Below are positions 9,709 through 20,861 of a stretch of DNA of 64,000 nt, piece by piece. Positions within the stretch are counted from its first letter, which is position 1, and each line of letters opens with the position of its first letter. Made by a program: the position numbers and the translations under genes. Origin of the DNA: Spirochaetaceae bacterium (lineage in GTDB: Bacteria; Spirochaetota; Spirochaetia; DSM-2461); contig JAOPTT010000002.1 in NCBI GenBank assembly GCA_051531975.1, forward strand, positions 1 through 64,000. The letters run 5' to 3'. The notes beneath the pieces were generated by a model, which was given only the letters and a program-made list of their open reading frames with translations, was not told where the DNA came from and made no database searches.

Positions 9709-11374
9709 ACCATTTATAACTAGCGCCAATTACAAATTGAAAATCTGTTATATCCTCGCCATCAACATTATCTACGTTCTCAAAAAATAGAGCGTTAAAT
9801 TGAAGGTAGGATGTAATACTGTCATTTATCTCATATTCAGAACTAAGTGTTATTATATCTCTTTTAAAAATAGTACTACCTGATGGAGTCTCTTTATCAA
9901 AAGCTTCCGCACCTTCTTCAGCCGGGTCGGTTAATGAACTTTCACCTTTTAAAATATGATAAAACTCTAAACCTATACTTAGTCGATTAAACAGTTTGGT
10001 TGTAACTGAAGCCTTAATTAATTGAATATCTGGTCCAAAATCATAACCTAATGGTTCAACTTCTATATCGTTACTATCGTTATATACACTATGGTACCAT
10101 CTGGTTAATGCATAAATTGACCAGGAGTTGGAACTACGGTAGAGATGGGGATTTGTATAAGCGTATTCAACATTAAAAAGATACGAACTATTCTCTAAAT
10201 TAAGTAGATAATTTGTTCCTGCTAAAATACCCCATGCATTTGGGTCTCCAGATTCAGGATCATCTGATCTATCCGCCTCGGATAGGGTTTCGTACTGATC
10301 TAATGCATATTCACTATATATATTTAAGTTTTTAATTGGTGTATACGTAGCTGCAACAACAACTAATGAGTTTCCAAAAATTGTAAATTTTCTGTCTGGT
10401 AAAGCCAGGTTATGCATTAACATTAGAGGATTAAGGAACCCAAATGTTAATTCTCCTCCCCCTCTAACAGTAACTTCATGAAGAGAGAAAGCGAAGTTGT
10501 CAAATGGTCTAAATTCAAATGCATGGTCAATAAAAATTTTTAATTCATTTCTACTCTCGTCAGATATAACTTTAACTTCTTCACCATCAGTATTAAGAAC
10601 TGTTTCATATTCAATATATGGATCAAGACCTTCGATATCAATAGGATCGATATTTACTAATGTCATTGTATATTTAAATTTTTTCCAGAATGTAGATATT
10701 TTTAAAAAGTCATGATAACTTCCATCGTCGGAGATAGTAAAACTACCTGACTCCCCAACACCATAATTAAGAATATCTCGACCAAACATTACACTCCAAT
10801 TATCTCCACCAATTGCAGATAGGGCTAAAAATGGAAATTGAGCATCAATTTGATCTAGATTCCAGATTAGAGAGACATTACTCTCTGCACCTTCAGAATA
10901 CCTATTAAAATCCAGTCCTTTTTGTAAAGGTAGGGCTAAATCACCCCAGAAAAATTGGTTTATTCCAGCAGAGAAATCAATCTCTACTACAGGTTTTCTC
11001 TCTTGGTAACCGTATATCCAATAATCATTATCTTTATTTGTCTGTATATATGTCTCAAGATTTACTTCACCCCCAATAGATGGTGTAAAACCTTGTTTAT
11101 TAGAATCTAAGGATAGCTGGGACAGTACCCACTGGTACCTATCGATTCCTGTTGAACTTAAACTGTCCATCGGAATACTTGATAAAATAAATTCGAATTC
11201 CTTCTCAGTATATGGATAGGAGTAGGATATTTGGGAGATTCCAGCTTCTAACTGAAGAGACTCAAGTGCATCGTATAACTTCTGATACCTAGTTAATGAG
11301 TAAACTTTCTGAGCTTCTGAAAAAAGAGAAACTGACAACAAAAACAATAAAACAGTTAAAACTTTAAATCTCAT
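9707..11374 (-). CDS. Secreted Wzi-like outer-membrane barrel protein
   Basis: Signal peptide; FGRDILNYGVG, YSEYALDQ, EYAYTNPHLY, PLGYDFGPD motifs; C-terminal YKW. Confidence 0.6.
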   Translation of the reverse strand: MRFKVLTVLLFLLSVSLFSEAQKVYSLTRYQKLYDALESLQLEAGISQISYSYPYTEKEFEFILSSIPMDSLSSTGIDRYQWVLSQLSLDSNKQGFTPSIGGEVNLETYIQTNKDNDYWIYGYQERKPVVEIDFSAGINQFFWGDLALPLQKGLDFNRYSEGAESNVSLIWNLDQIDAQFPFLALSAIGGDNWSVMFGRDILNYGVGESGSFTISDDGSYHDFLKISTFWKKFKYTMTLVNIDPIDIEGLDPYIEYETVLNTDGEEVKVISDESRNELKIFIDHAFEFRPFDNFAFSLHEVTVRGGGELTFGFLNPLMLMHNLALPDRKFTIFGNSLVVVAATYTPIKNLNIYSEYALDQYETLSEADRSDDPESGDPNAWGILAGTNYLLNLENSSYLFNVEYAYTNPHLYRSSNSWSIYALTRWYHSVYNDSNDIEVEPLGYDFGPDIQLIKASVTTKLFNRLSIGLEFYHILKGESSLTDPAEEGAEAFDKETPSGSTIFKRDIITLSSEYEINDSITSYLQFNALFFENVDNVDGEDITDFQFVIGASYKW

Positions 11375-11380
11375 TTTAAG

Positions 11381-12580
11381 TTACCTTGATCCAAAACCTG
11401 TAAAGATAGTTCTTATTGTTTTTAAAACAATTAGTAGATCTAACCATACAGAGAAATTCTTAATATAAAACAGATCGTATTCAACCTTCTCTTCTGTCTG
11501 TTCAACTGTTGCAGCATAACCCTGGGAAACTTGGGCCCAACCAGTTATTCCTGGCCTTACAGCATGTCTATATGGGTAAAAAGGAATCTGTGTATTAAAT
11601 TCATCAGTAAAAACTTTTTGCTCAGGTCTTGGACCAATAAGACTCATATTACCTTTTAATATATTAACAAATTGTGGTAGTTCATCTAGTCGAAACTTTC
11701 TAATAAACTTACCAAATGGTGTAATTCTTTTATCGTTAGAAGATGCAAACTTTGCTCCATCTTTCTCTGATTCCACAACCATGCTTCTAAACTTATACAT
11801 ATTAAAAGGAATATCACCTCGACCAGTACGCTCTTGAACAAAGACAGCTGGACCTCTTGAGTCAATTTTTACTCCAATGGCTGTAAATAACATTAAAACA
11901 GCGATAAATGGAGAGAATATAATTGTGAGAAACAGATCTAAAAATCTTTTAACAATACTATATGTAGGAGTAATATTAAAATCTGAGAATGAACACAGAC
12001 CTATGTGCTCCATGGCGATCTTACCAGAAGTTTGTTGTAATATAGTTGAAAGTTTAATTATTGGAACTCTCTTTATGCCTTTCTCTGAAATAAATAGGGT
12101 AGCTTCGCTATCTTTGGCAACTATTTCGTCATAAATAATACCATCTAGAGCTTGGCCTTTAGCTTGGCTTGGGTCAATTTCTACAAATGTGAATTTTTTT
12201 GTATTTATTAAATACTGTGTATATTCAGTCTTAAAATAGCCTAAAACAATAGGTGAATATCTATTTTTAATAAAAGCCCAAGAACTTAACCATAAACAGG
12301 CAAAAAGGCACTCGAGTAACAGTGTAATAGTTGAGTAAGAGACATCTTTTTGGGCAAAATATAAAAACAGAATAAAATAGACAACTAGACTAAATATCAT
12401 CGGAATCATGTGGTGTTCAGTCAGTGGATAAATTTTAACTCGACCTAAAAAAATAAGAATAACTACAATAGAAGAAATATAATATATCCAATTATCTTTA
12501 CCTAACAGAGAGATAAAGTAAGTTAAAGTTATACTTAAAACAATAAATGAAATATTAACAACTGTTCTAACTTTATTCAA
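11381..12580 (-). CDS. Polyprenyl-phosphate sugar-1-phosphate transferase (WbaP/WcaJ family initiating transferase)
   Basis: Four N-terminal TM helices; KRFLD, YKFRSM, RLDELPQ, MSLIGPRPE, RPGITGWAQV. Confidence 0.92.
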   Translation of the reverse strand: MNKVRTVVNISFIVLSITLTYFISLLGKDNWIYYISSIVVILIFLGRVKIYPLTEHHMIPMIFSLVVYFILFLYFAQKDVSYSTITLLLECLFACLWLSSWAFIKNRYSPIVLGYFKTEYTQYLINTKKFTFVEIDPSQAKGQALDGIIYDEIVAKDSEATLFISEKGIKRVPIIKLSTILQQTSGKIAMEHIGLCSFSDFNITPTYSIVKRFLDLFLTIIFSPFIAVLMLFTAIGVKIDSRGPAVFVQERTGRGDIPFNMYKFRSMVVESEKDGAKFASSNDKRITPFGKFIRKFRLDELPQFVNILKGNMSLIGPRPEQKVFTDEFNTQIPFYPYRHAVRPGITGWAQVSQGYAATVEQTEEKVEYDLFYIKNFSVWLDLLIVLKTIRTIFTGFGSR

Positions 12581-12584
12581 AATA

Positions 12585-13733
12585 CTACTCCTTTAAACCT
12601 AAGATAGAATTTATCTTAGACATATATTTGCTTATAACAATTTCTTCGTTAAATTCTGTTACAACTTTTTCTCTTCCATTTTTACCTAAGTCTAATCTTT
12701 CTTGATCTGTTAGGTTAATAAACTTCTCAATTTTTAATGCAAGATCGTCACTATCTGCTTTTTTACATAGATATCCATTATATCCATCTTGCACAATGTC
12801 TCTACAACCTACATTATCCGTTGTAATAATTGGTTTACCCATAGCAGAACCTTCAATTAAAGTTCTAGGAACACCTTCTCGGTAAATTGATGGAAGAACC
12901 ATACAATCACACTCTCGAATCTGTTCCCTAACATCATTTGATGTTCCTAAATATGTAATTAGTCCAGATTCTATCCATGAATCGACTGTTTCATCTGGAA
13001 TTGCAGATGGGTTATTAACCCCTCTCTCTCCTAAAATCTGAAATTCAGTATTTGGATATTTCTCTTTTATAACTTTAATTGCATCCACATAATAACCAAC
13101 ACCTTTATCCCAAATAAGTCTAGCTATCATTAAAAACTTAAGTTTTTCAGAAGGATTAACCTTTGGTTCAGGCTTAAAAAGTTCTAGATTGATACCAGAT
13201 CCTGGAATCCGTCCACACTGTTCTTCTTTTAAGGTAGATCTTTCTAAAAATAGATCCATGTCATCCTGATTTTGGAAAAAGACAGTAGAACTTTTTTTAA
13301 ATCCCCATTTATATAAAATATCAGCTACTTTAGTAATAAGAGTTGGATTTGCATATAAGTTACCAAGACCTGTAACATTATTAATAATAGGTATACCAAC
13401 CTTACGGGCTGCAACACTACCGTATATATTAGATTTAATTGTATAACTTAAAATAACATCAGGTTTTATCTTTTTAAATTCTTTCATATAACTATTTACA
13501 AGTTTAAGATCATGAATTGGATTCATACCTTTACTATTAAAATCGATATCTTGGCAAATTACACCCCAGGATTTTAGCTCTGTTACTGCATTTTTACTAT
13601 ATGCCTCTTGGCTATAATAAGGTGCTAATATAAAAACACTATATCCGTCTGCTAGTAGTCTTTTAATTAGTCCATGTCTAAAGTTAAATAGACAGCCTGT
13701 TGTGTTTGCTATAAGTAATATTTTTTTATTCAT
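12585..13733 (-). CDS. GT4 glycosyltransferase (PglA/Cap1E-like)
   Basis: NFRHGLI, YTIKSNIYG, FFQNQDD, IPGSGI, ARLIWDKG, REGVPRTLIE. Confidence 0.9.
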   Translation of the reverse strand: MNKKILLIANTTGCLFNFRHGLIKRLLADGYSVFILAPYYSQEAYSKNAVTELKSWGVICQDIDFNSKGMNPIHDLKLVNSYMKEFKKIKPDVILSYTIKSNIYGSVAARKVGIPIINNVTGLGNLYANPTLITKVADILYKWGFKKSSTVFFQNQDDMDLFLERSTLKEEQCGRIPGSGINLELFKPEPKVNPSEKLKFLMIARLIWDKGVGYYVDAIKVIKEKYPNTEFQILGERGVNNPSAIPDETVDSWIESGLITYLGTSNDVREQIRECDCMVLPSIYREGVPRTLIEGSAMGKPIITTDNVGCRDIVQDGYNGYLCKKADSDDLALKIEKFINLTDQERLDLGKNGREKVVTEFNEEIVISKYMSKINSILGLKE

Positions 13734-13835
13734 TTAACGCCCTAACTTTTATGTATGAATATTATAGTTTTTTTTAAATGCTTTGCCTACTAGAATACTA
13801 TTAACGAATTATTAATTATTTGTTATAGTACTCTA

Positions 13836-14576
13836 ATGAAATTAGTAGTATATACATCAATTTTTGGAAATTATGACAATTTAAAAGAGATTCCTTTTAA
13901 AAAAAAGAATGTAAATTATATCTGTTTTACAGATAATGAAAAACTAAAAAGTAAAACCTGGCAGATTCGGCATATTAATCCTGGAACAGATACTCCTACG
14001 GATAAAAATCGAAAGATAAAAATATTAGTTTTGGACTACCTATCAGAATATGATAAATCTATTTATATTGATGGTAATATGGAAGTCCTTACTGACCTTG
14101 AACCGTTTTTCAAAAATCTAGATAACTATCCTATGGCAACCATTAGACATAGCAGACGAAATTGTATCTATGTTGAAGTTAATGAATGTTTAAAAATAGG
14201 TAAAGTTAAAGGAAACGACGCCTTAGAACAGGTAAACCGGTATAGAGAAGATGGTTTTCCTGAGAATTTCGGAATGACTGAAAACGGTGTATTAATTCGA
14301 GACCATAATAATCCTGAACTAAAAGTGATATTAGATTATTGGTGGGAACAGTATATAAATGGGGTAAAAAGAGATCAGATAAGTCTTCCCTACATTACAT
14401 GGAAATACGATTTAAAGATAAAAGCCTTAGATTTTAATACTAAAACTCCAAACCCCTACATTAGATGGCGACAACATGATTCTAATTATAAGGGATTAAA
14501 AAAATTAAAATATGATATTACCCGTCAATTAAAAAGCAAAGAGTGGAGAAAAGAGATAAAAAATGCAATATCCTAA
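13836..14576 (+). CDS. DUF616 (TOD1/MUCI70-like) glycosyltransferase-domain protein
   Basis: VYTSIFGNYDNL, YICFTD, SIYIDGN, RNCIYVE, RDQISLPY. Confidence 0.8.
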   Translation: MKLVVYTSIFGNYDNLKEIPFKKKNVNYICFTDNEKLKSKTWQIRHINPGTDTPTDKNRKIKILVLDYLSEYDKSIYIDGNMEVLTDLEPFFKNLDNYPMATIRHSRRNCIYVEVNECLKIGKVKGNDALEQVNRYREDGFPENFGMTENGVLIRDHNNPELKVILDYWWEQYINGVKRDQISLPYITWKYDLKIKALDFNTKTPNPYIRWRQHDSNYKGLKKLKYDITRQLKSKEWRKEIKNAIS

Positions 14577-15558
14577 AATTTCTATAATGATACCTACATA
14601 TAATCAGGAAGATTATATTAGACAAAACATAGAGAGTGTTCTTAAATTAAATTATCCTAATCTAGAGGTTGTGCTTTCTGATGACTGTTCAACAGATGGT
14701 ACGTTTGCCATTGCAAAAGAGTATGAAAAGGATCCACGATTTAAGGCATATAAGTGTAAAAAAAATCTTGGTCGAGTAAAAAATTACAAGCATACTCTAA
14801 CAAACTTAATAACTGGAGATTGGGTTCTTAACTGTGATGGAGATGATTATCTTTTAGAAACAGATTTTTTTCTAAAAGCTATGGAAATATCACAATTAAA
14901 CAGTGATATTGTTCTATTTTCAGCTAATAGATATAAATTCAAACAGAACAGTCAAAAATCATATCTACAAAAATCTCATGGAATCGAAGGTGAGATTGAT
15001 GGAACATATTTTTTTAAAAACTATTTTAATTTTGCTCATGGACTTTTACATATAACCTCTCTTTATAATAGAGACATTGCATTAAAATCATCTTTTTATA
15101 CAACTGACATTATTAGTTCTGATATCGATTCCCTACTAAAGATTACTATTGGTAAAAAATTATATCATTTTGATGATGTAATTGCAGGTTGGAGAGATCA
15201 TGATGAAAATGCAACAAAATCTATAAATATAAACCAACTAGCTGATAACCTGTTATTAATTCAATCTTTATATGAATATCATAAAAAAGAGAAATCTTTA
15301 CCTATTAAAGAATTGCATAAGTGGAAAAAACAATTTTATAAAAATAGAGTTATTAGAGTTGGTAATAGACTATTATCAGGACTAAAATATAAGGTTTTTA
15401 TTGGTTTCATCAAAGAAGTTCAAACACAGGGAAAAGGTTTGGTTCTTCCTGCTCTGTTATCACCAAGGCTTATATTTACCTTTATTTTTCCTTTCCGTCT
15501 AAAAATAATAAACAAGTTCAAAAGATTAATAAAAGGTGATCAAAGTATTAAGGGATAA
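14563..15558 (+). CDS. GT2 glycosyltransferase
   Basis: IMIPTYNQ, SDDCSTDGT, DGDDY. Confidence 0.9.
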   Translation: MQYPKISIMIPTYNQEDYIRQNIESVLKLNYPNLEVVLSDDCSTDGTFAIAKEYEKDPRFKAYKCKKNLGRVKNYKHTLTNLITGDWVLNCDGDDYLLETDFFLKAMEISQLNSDIVLFSANRYKFKQNSQKSYLQKSHGIEGEIDGTYFFKNYFNFAHGLLHITSLYNRDIALKSSFYTTDIISSDIDSLLKITIGKKLYHFDDVIAGWRDHDENATKSININQLADNLLLIQSLYEYHKKEKSLPIKELHKWKKQFYKNRVIRVGNRLLSGLKYKVFIGFIKEVQTQGKGLVLPALLSPRLIFTFIFPFRLKIINKFKRLIKGDQSIKG

Positions 15559-15564
15559 TTATAT

Positions 15565-16878
15565 ATGAAAATACCTATAAAAAAATGGCTTAATCAGAGT
15601 TTTATTAGAAGAATAATTAAAAATAGTGGAACCTTATTAACAGGGAGTTTTGGTGGATCACTTTTAGGTCTAATATCTTTTGCTCTGATAATACGGATTT
15701 TAGGTTCTAATTTATATGGTCAGTTTGTAATTATGGAAACATATATGCAATCTTTTAATCAGCTATTTAACTTTCAATGTTGGCAAGCATTAATATCTTT
15801 TGGTTCTGAAGCTTTAGAAAAAAAAGATATTACTAAATTCAAAGAACTAATAAAAACAGGTCTAATGTTTGATGTTTTAAGTGCAATTTTAGGTACAGTG
15901 GTTGCCCTACTTTTAACTGAGATTTCTGGAGCTTATCTTAATTGGACAGCTGATCAAATCTTTTTAACTAGAATATTCTCATTACTTATACTGTTTAATA
16001 TTACGGGGACTCCTATTGGAGTATTAAGATTATTAAAAAAGTTCAAATATATATCGGCACATAAGATAATAGTCGCAGTTATTAAACTAATAGCAGTTAC
16101 TATTGCTTGGTTATTACATATTGAATCCAGACCATTTATTATTCTTTTAATGATACTGTTATTAGTTGATCAGTTAACGATTATCATAATCTCTATTATT
16201 GTATTAAAACAAAATAATCTATTAGATTTTTGGAAATCAAAAATTGGAGACTGGAAACCATTTGTAAAATTTGCTTTATGGACCAATATAGAAAGTACTA
16301 TAAACCTACCTAAGAAAAAGCTAGATAAAATATTTATATCAAAATTCCTAAGTTACGAAGCTGTTAGTACTTTTGCACTATTTGGGAAATTTAATCAGAT
16401 TCTTACTAAAATTACAAGTTCAATTTATTATGCTGTATTCCCTGAACTGTCGCAAAAGATTGCTAAAGGTGAAAGAAAAAGTGCAATAAAAGAGGGTTTT
16501 AAAATAGGAATAATACTATTAGCAATTGGTCTTCCATTTTTTCTAATATTTGCTATTTCAATTAAATGGTTATTAGGTCCAATTTTTGGATATGAGTTTG
16601 AAAAGTACTACTTGTTATTAATATTCTATGTTGGATATAACTATTTATCAGTTCTATTTACTGCATTAGACCCTCTAATAATATCTTTAGGATATGTAAA
16701 AAATAAAGTAAGTATTAATATAATATCAAATGTAGCATTTTTAGCTGTAATCTTTTCACTTCATGGGAAATGGGGTCTAATGGGCTTTTTACTTGCGGAT
16801 ATTTTACAGCGTGTAATTGTTTATTATATGAAGATCAGAATTATTAGAAAAAAAGAGTATAAGAAGGAATTAAATTGA
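15565..16878 (+). CDS. wzx: Wzx-type polysaccharide flippase
   Basis: Many TM helices; IIKNSGTLL...RILGSNLYG; LDKIFISKFL; VFPELS. Confidence 0.8.
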   Translation: MKIPIKKWLNQSFIRRIIKNSGTLLTGSFGGSLLGLISFALIIRILGSNLYGQFVIMETYMQSFNQLFNFQCWQALISFGSEALEKKDITKFKELIKTGLMFDVLSAILGTVVALLLTEISGAYLNWTADQIFLTRIFSLLILFNITGTPIGVLRLLKKFKYISAHKIIVAVIKLIAVTIAWLLHIESRPFIILLMILLLVDQLTIIIISIIVLKQNNLLDFWKSKIGDWKPFVKFALWTNIESTINLPKKKLDKIFISKFLSYEAVSTFALFGKFNQILTKITSSIYYAVFPELSQKIAKGERKSAIKEGFKIGIILLAIGLPFFLIFAISIKWLLGPIFGYEFEKYYLLLIFYVGYNYLSVLFTALDPLIISLGYVKNKVSINIISNVAFLAVIFSLHGKWGLMGFLLADILQRVIVYYMKIRIIRKKEYKKELN

Positions 16879-18086
16879 AAGAAGTAACAATATTAACTAG
16901 TAAATTCCCAAATCTAACTGAAACGTTTATTCTAAATCAGGTTATTGGGTTAATGGATGAAGGCATCAAAGTAAATACAATATCTCTTCATAAAACTGAT
17001 CTTACAAATGCCCATCCAGATTTTAATAGTTATAACTGTGTCGACTTTTTATCTGTAATTGGTATTCCAAGTAATAAAATTAAAAGAGTTTTAAAATCGA
17101 TACTAATTTTTATTAAATTAATGTTTATCTGCCCAGGTAAGACTTTAAAGGCTATTGATAAAAAATATACAACAGCATCAAAATCTCTAAAAAATCTTTA
17201 TATATTAAATAGTTACCGAAATAAAAACATCGATGTTTTACAAGCACATTTTGGCCCAAACGGTATTATTGGAGCTTTTTTAAAAGATGTTGGAATTGTT
17301 AAAAAACTAGTAGTAACTTTTCATGGTTCAGATATAAACAGTTATCCTAAAAGACATGGTGAAAATGTTTATAAAACTTTATATAAAAATGCAGATGTTA
17401 TATCAACAAATACACAATTTACTGCTGATAAAGTTATAAAAAATGGAGTTGTTCCCAAAAAAATACAAATTATACCTGTTGGTCTATTATGTAAAAACTT
17501 TCCAGTAAGAGTTGATCCAGGTGATACAACTAATAAGAAAATATTAACAGTTGGCCGTTTAGTTGAGAAAAAGGGACATATATGGATGATTAAAGCCATG
17601 AAAGATATTCTTAAATCATATCCAAATACTATATGGAATATTGTAGGTTCTGGACCCTTAGAAGAGTCACTTAAAAACAGAGTAAAGGAAAATAACTTAG
17701 AGAAAAATATTATATTTCTAGGGGCACTTAAATCCCCAGATGTTATTAAAAACTTAAAAGAGAGTCACATATTTGTTTTACCAAGTGTCACTGCTTCAAG
17801 TGGAGATATGGAAGGCCAAGGTCTTGTATTACAAGAAGCTCAATCTATGGCTGTCCCTGTTGTCTCTACCCTTCATAATGGAATACCAGATGGTGTTCTT
17901 GATGGTAAAAGTGGGTATCTTGTTCCTGAAAAAGATGACAAATCATTGGCTCAAGCTATAATTAAACTTTTAGCAGATGATGATTTACGATCCTCAATGG
18001 GTAAAACAGGAGCAAAATTTGTTAGAGAAAATTACGATATATCTATCTTAAGTAAAAAGTGGTTAGATATATTTAATTCAATTTAA
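16875..18086 (+). CDS. GT4 glycosyltransferase (WcaL-like)
   Basis: FPNLTETFILNQ, AHFGPNG, TFHGSD, GRLVEKKG, GDMEGQGLVLQEA. Confidence 0.88.
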   Translation: MKEVTILTSKFPNLTETFILNQVIGLMDEGIKVNTISLHKTDLTNAHPDFNSYNCVDFLSVIGIPSNKIKRVLKSILIFIKLMFICPGKTLKAIDKKYTTASKSLKNLYILNSYRNKNIDVLQAHFGPNGIIGAFLKDVGIVKKLVVTFHGSDINSYPKRHGENVYKTLYKNADVISTNTQFTADKVIKNGVVPKKIQIIPVGLLCKNFPVRVDPGDTTNKKILTVGRLVEKKGHIWMIKAMKDILKSYPNTIWNIVGSGPLEESLKNRVKENNLEKNIIFLGALKSPDVIKNLKESHIFVLPSVTASSGDMEGQGLVLQEAQSMAVPVVSTLHNGIPDGVLDGKSGYLVPEKDDKSLAQAIIKLLADDDLRSSMGKTGAKFVRENYDISILSKKWLDIFNSI

Positions 18087-19211
18087 TGTTTCTAGAACAT
18101 TAGAGAACTTTTCAGGCCAAGAAAAATCATGGTACTCTGCTCTCTTACGGCATAATGAATGAACCTCTTTATATAATTTCTCATCATTATAAATCTCTTC
18201 AATTTTAGAAGCAATATCATCTGGATCTCCAGTTTTAAATAGAAGCTGGGGATTATCTAAAATAGCTGACATCCCTGAATTATCACTGCCTAAAACAGGA
18301 GTTCCAGTAAATATCGATTCCAATATTACATTTGGATAACTATCGTATATGGAAGGAACTATCATTAGATCATATTTTGAAAGTTTGGATATTGGATTAT
18401 TCATTCCACCATGTACCACTACTCTATCTGTTAATCCTACATCCTCTATATATTTTTGAAGTTTTATACTATCGTTACCTTTACCAAATAGATCAAGTTT
18501 AAGGTCTATATTTTTATCTTTAAGTATTTTAAATGCTTGTAAAAGGAAAATTGCACCTTTCCTATCATCGTAGTTTCCAAGGTAAATTAACTTTTTTAAT
18601 GAGGAACTACTGTTTTTATATTTATAACTATCATCAAACCATGATTCCCTTAAACTATTAGGAATAATCACACTTTTATTTTTATCAGTACAACTTCTAT
18701 TTAATATGTCATCCCTGTCAAAAGTAGTTTGGAAAATCAGAAGATCTGATAGCTTTGTAATATTTTTCTCTATTTTAAGCATTTTATAAAGCCCAAATCT
18801 TTTTTTGAGGTTCAATTTTTTATTATATTCTTTATATTCGTTTAATTTAGCTTTATATGAGTTGCTTCTAAAGGCAAAAACTACTTTTGCTTTCAATACA
18901 ATATTAGCAAGTTTTACTGTTAAATAATTTGTTTCACCAAATACGATTGTTCTCCAGCTACCTTTAGGAAGCTTTAATAGATAAGGAAATACTCTAAAAC
19001 ACTGTTTTAATGAATATGGAACCTTACCTCTATATACAGGTTTAACGCTAACTATGTTGAAAGAAAAATCTTTAGTATCTATGGTATTACTTAATATAAC
19101 AGTAACGTTCCATCCTATCTTAGAAAGGGCATTTAGAAGTTCTAAATATCTCTTATGACCACCGGTTCTAATCTCATGTCTTAAATAGTAACCTAATATA
19201 CTTGGCTTCAT
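18078..19211 (-). CDS. GT4 glycosyltransferase
   Basis: TGGHKR, YLGNYDDRKG, PSIYDSYPNVILES. Confidence 0.85.
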   Translation of the reverse strand: MKPSILGYYLRHEIRTGGHKRYLELLNALSKIGWNVTVILSNTIDTKDFSFNIVSVKPVYRGKVPYSLKQCFRVFPYLLKLPKGSWRTIVFGETNYLTVKLANIVLKAKVVFAFRSNSYKAKLNEYKEYNKKLNLKKRFGLYKMLKIEKNITKLSDLLIFQTTFDRDDILNRSCTDKNKSVIIPNSLRESWFDDSYKYKNSSSSLKKLIYLGNYDDRKGAIFLLQAFKILKDKNIDLKLDLFGKGNDSIKLQKYIEDVGLTDRVVVHGGMNNPISKLSKYDLMIVPSIYDSYPNVILESIFTGTPVLGSDNSGMSAILDNPQLLFKTGDPDDIASKIEEIYNDEKLYKEVHSLCRKRAEYHDFSWPEKFSNVLETLN

Positions 19212-19273
19212 TAAATCTCCTCTGTATAATGGGTTAGAATATTTAAATAAACCAATTATTTCAAGGATTAATA

Positions 19274-20845
19274 ATGAGAAAATACTTTTTATATATACTG
19301 ATTTTGTTTAGGTTAACACTTATACATGCAGATTTTTCTTTTCAATCAATAATAGATGACTACTATAGATTTGAGGAGATTTCAGGACTAAAAGATATAT
19401 CTTCAAAAAACTATAATATTGAAGAGTTAGTTATTCAGGAGTTTAATTATTTAGATCCCTTTTCTTTTAATAAGGAGGTATTTAATACAGATAATATTTC
19501 TATACTATTAACATCACCCCAGGTTTTTATGTCCTATAACTTTTTATCCCCTTTTGGTAATAACGATAGGGTTGCATTTCAGGGAAAGGGGTTTAACTCC
19601 TCTGTGATAACAGGTTTTAAATTTGTATCTGATATTTTTTCTATAAAGTTTAATCCTGAGGTATTTTTTTCTCAGAACCTAGATTATGACATTATTCCTA
19701 CTGAATTTAGTTCAGGTTATGGTGACTACTGGACAATTTTTGATAACCTACAAAGACATGGGGATGACCCATTTTATTATCTATCACTAGGCCAAAGTGC
19801 TCTAAAATTTAACCTTTTTAATACTACTTTAAGTATAGGTACAGAGAATATAGAGACCGCATTTAACCGAAGGAATAGTTTTTTATTAAGTAACCATGCC
19901 GATGGATTTCCACACATAGATTTAGGGACTCAAAACGATGTAAAAATCAAATACTTTGGGGATATAGAAGCAAAAATGATGTGGGGTGTTATTACAGAGT
20001 CAGAATATTTTGATGATGACCCAGATAATGATGATGCTTGGATATCAGGGCTCTTTATGGGTTATACTCCAGCTTTTATGCCAAATCTAAAACTTGGATT
20101 TAATCATTTATATACGACCCCAATGTCTGAATGGGGATCTAATGATTTAATAGCAGGTATTCCTGGTGTGGATTGGGTTAATACACCAGCAGCTGAGGGT
20201 GATAATGATATGATGGTATCCTTAGCATTTAGATGGGTATTTCCAGAATCAGGTTTTGAACTTTATGGAGAGTGGGCTAGAAACGATAATTTTACAAACT
20301 TTAAACAGCTATATAACTTTCCTGAACATACCCAGGCTTATACTGTAGGTTTTAGTAAGATATTAGGACATCCAACAAAAAATAGTTCTCTACAATTTTC
20401 CTCGGAATATAGTGATGCGAGACGACAGAGAACAGTAGTATTAAGTCCAGCAGGGCCCTGGTATAGACATGCCTTTGGAGGCTGGACTCAAGGTTATACA
20501 AATGGAGGACAAATTATTGGTGCATCTATTGGTCCTGGTGGAGAGAATTTATGGCTGGAGATAAAACTAACAACAGAAAAGGCGATATATGCTATTACTG
20601 GAGAAAGATTTGTTTTAGATAAAGATTGGTATTATATGATAAAAGAAAATGGTACTGGTGATTTAACTGGAGAAGAGGTTGGACAATCATCTGAGTTTAA
20701 TTGGGGATTTTCTGCACTACATATATTTGAAGATTTTGCCCTTTATAGTAACTTAACATATAACCTTAATTTTGATGAAAACTTTGTTAATATGGATCAT
20801 GTTAATAACTTTCATTTAGAATTAGGAATTGCTTTAACATTTTAA
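19274..20845 (+). CDS. Capsule assembly Wzi-family outer-membrane protein
   Basis: Signal peptide; LLSNHADGFPH, ELYGEWARND, IGASIGPGG; C-terminal LTF. Confidence 0.7.
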   Translation: MRKYFLYILILFRLTLIHADFSFQSIIDDYYRFEEISGLKDISSKNYNIEELVIQEFNYLDPFSFNKEVFNTDNISILLTSPQVFMSYNFLSPFGNNDRVAFQGKGFNSSVITGFKFVSDIFSIKFNPEVFFSQNLDYDIIPTEFSSGYGDYWTIFDNLQRHGDDPFYYLSLGQSALKFNLFNTTLSIGTENIETAFNRRNSFLLSNHADGFPHIDLGTQNDVKIKYFGDIEAKMMWGVITESEYFDDDPDNDDAWISGLFMGYTPAFMPNLKLGFNHLYTTPMSEWGSNDLIAGIPGVDWVNTPAAEGDNDMMVSLAFRWVFPESGFELYGEWARNDNFTNFKQLYNFPEHTQAYTVGFSKILGHPTKNSSLQFSSEYSDARRQRTVVLSPAGPWYRHAFGGWTQGYTNGGQIIGASIGPGGENLWLEIKLTTEKAIYAITGERFVLDKDWYYMIKENGTGDLTGEEVGQSSEFNWGFSALHIFEDFALYSNLTYNLNFDENFVNMDHVNNFHLELGIALTF

Positions 20846-20861
20846 TTCAGAGAGGAAATAG

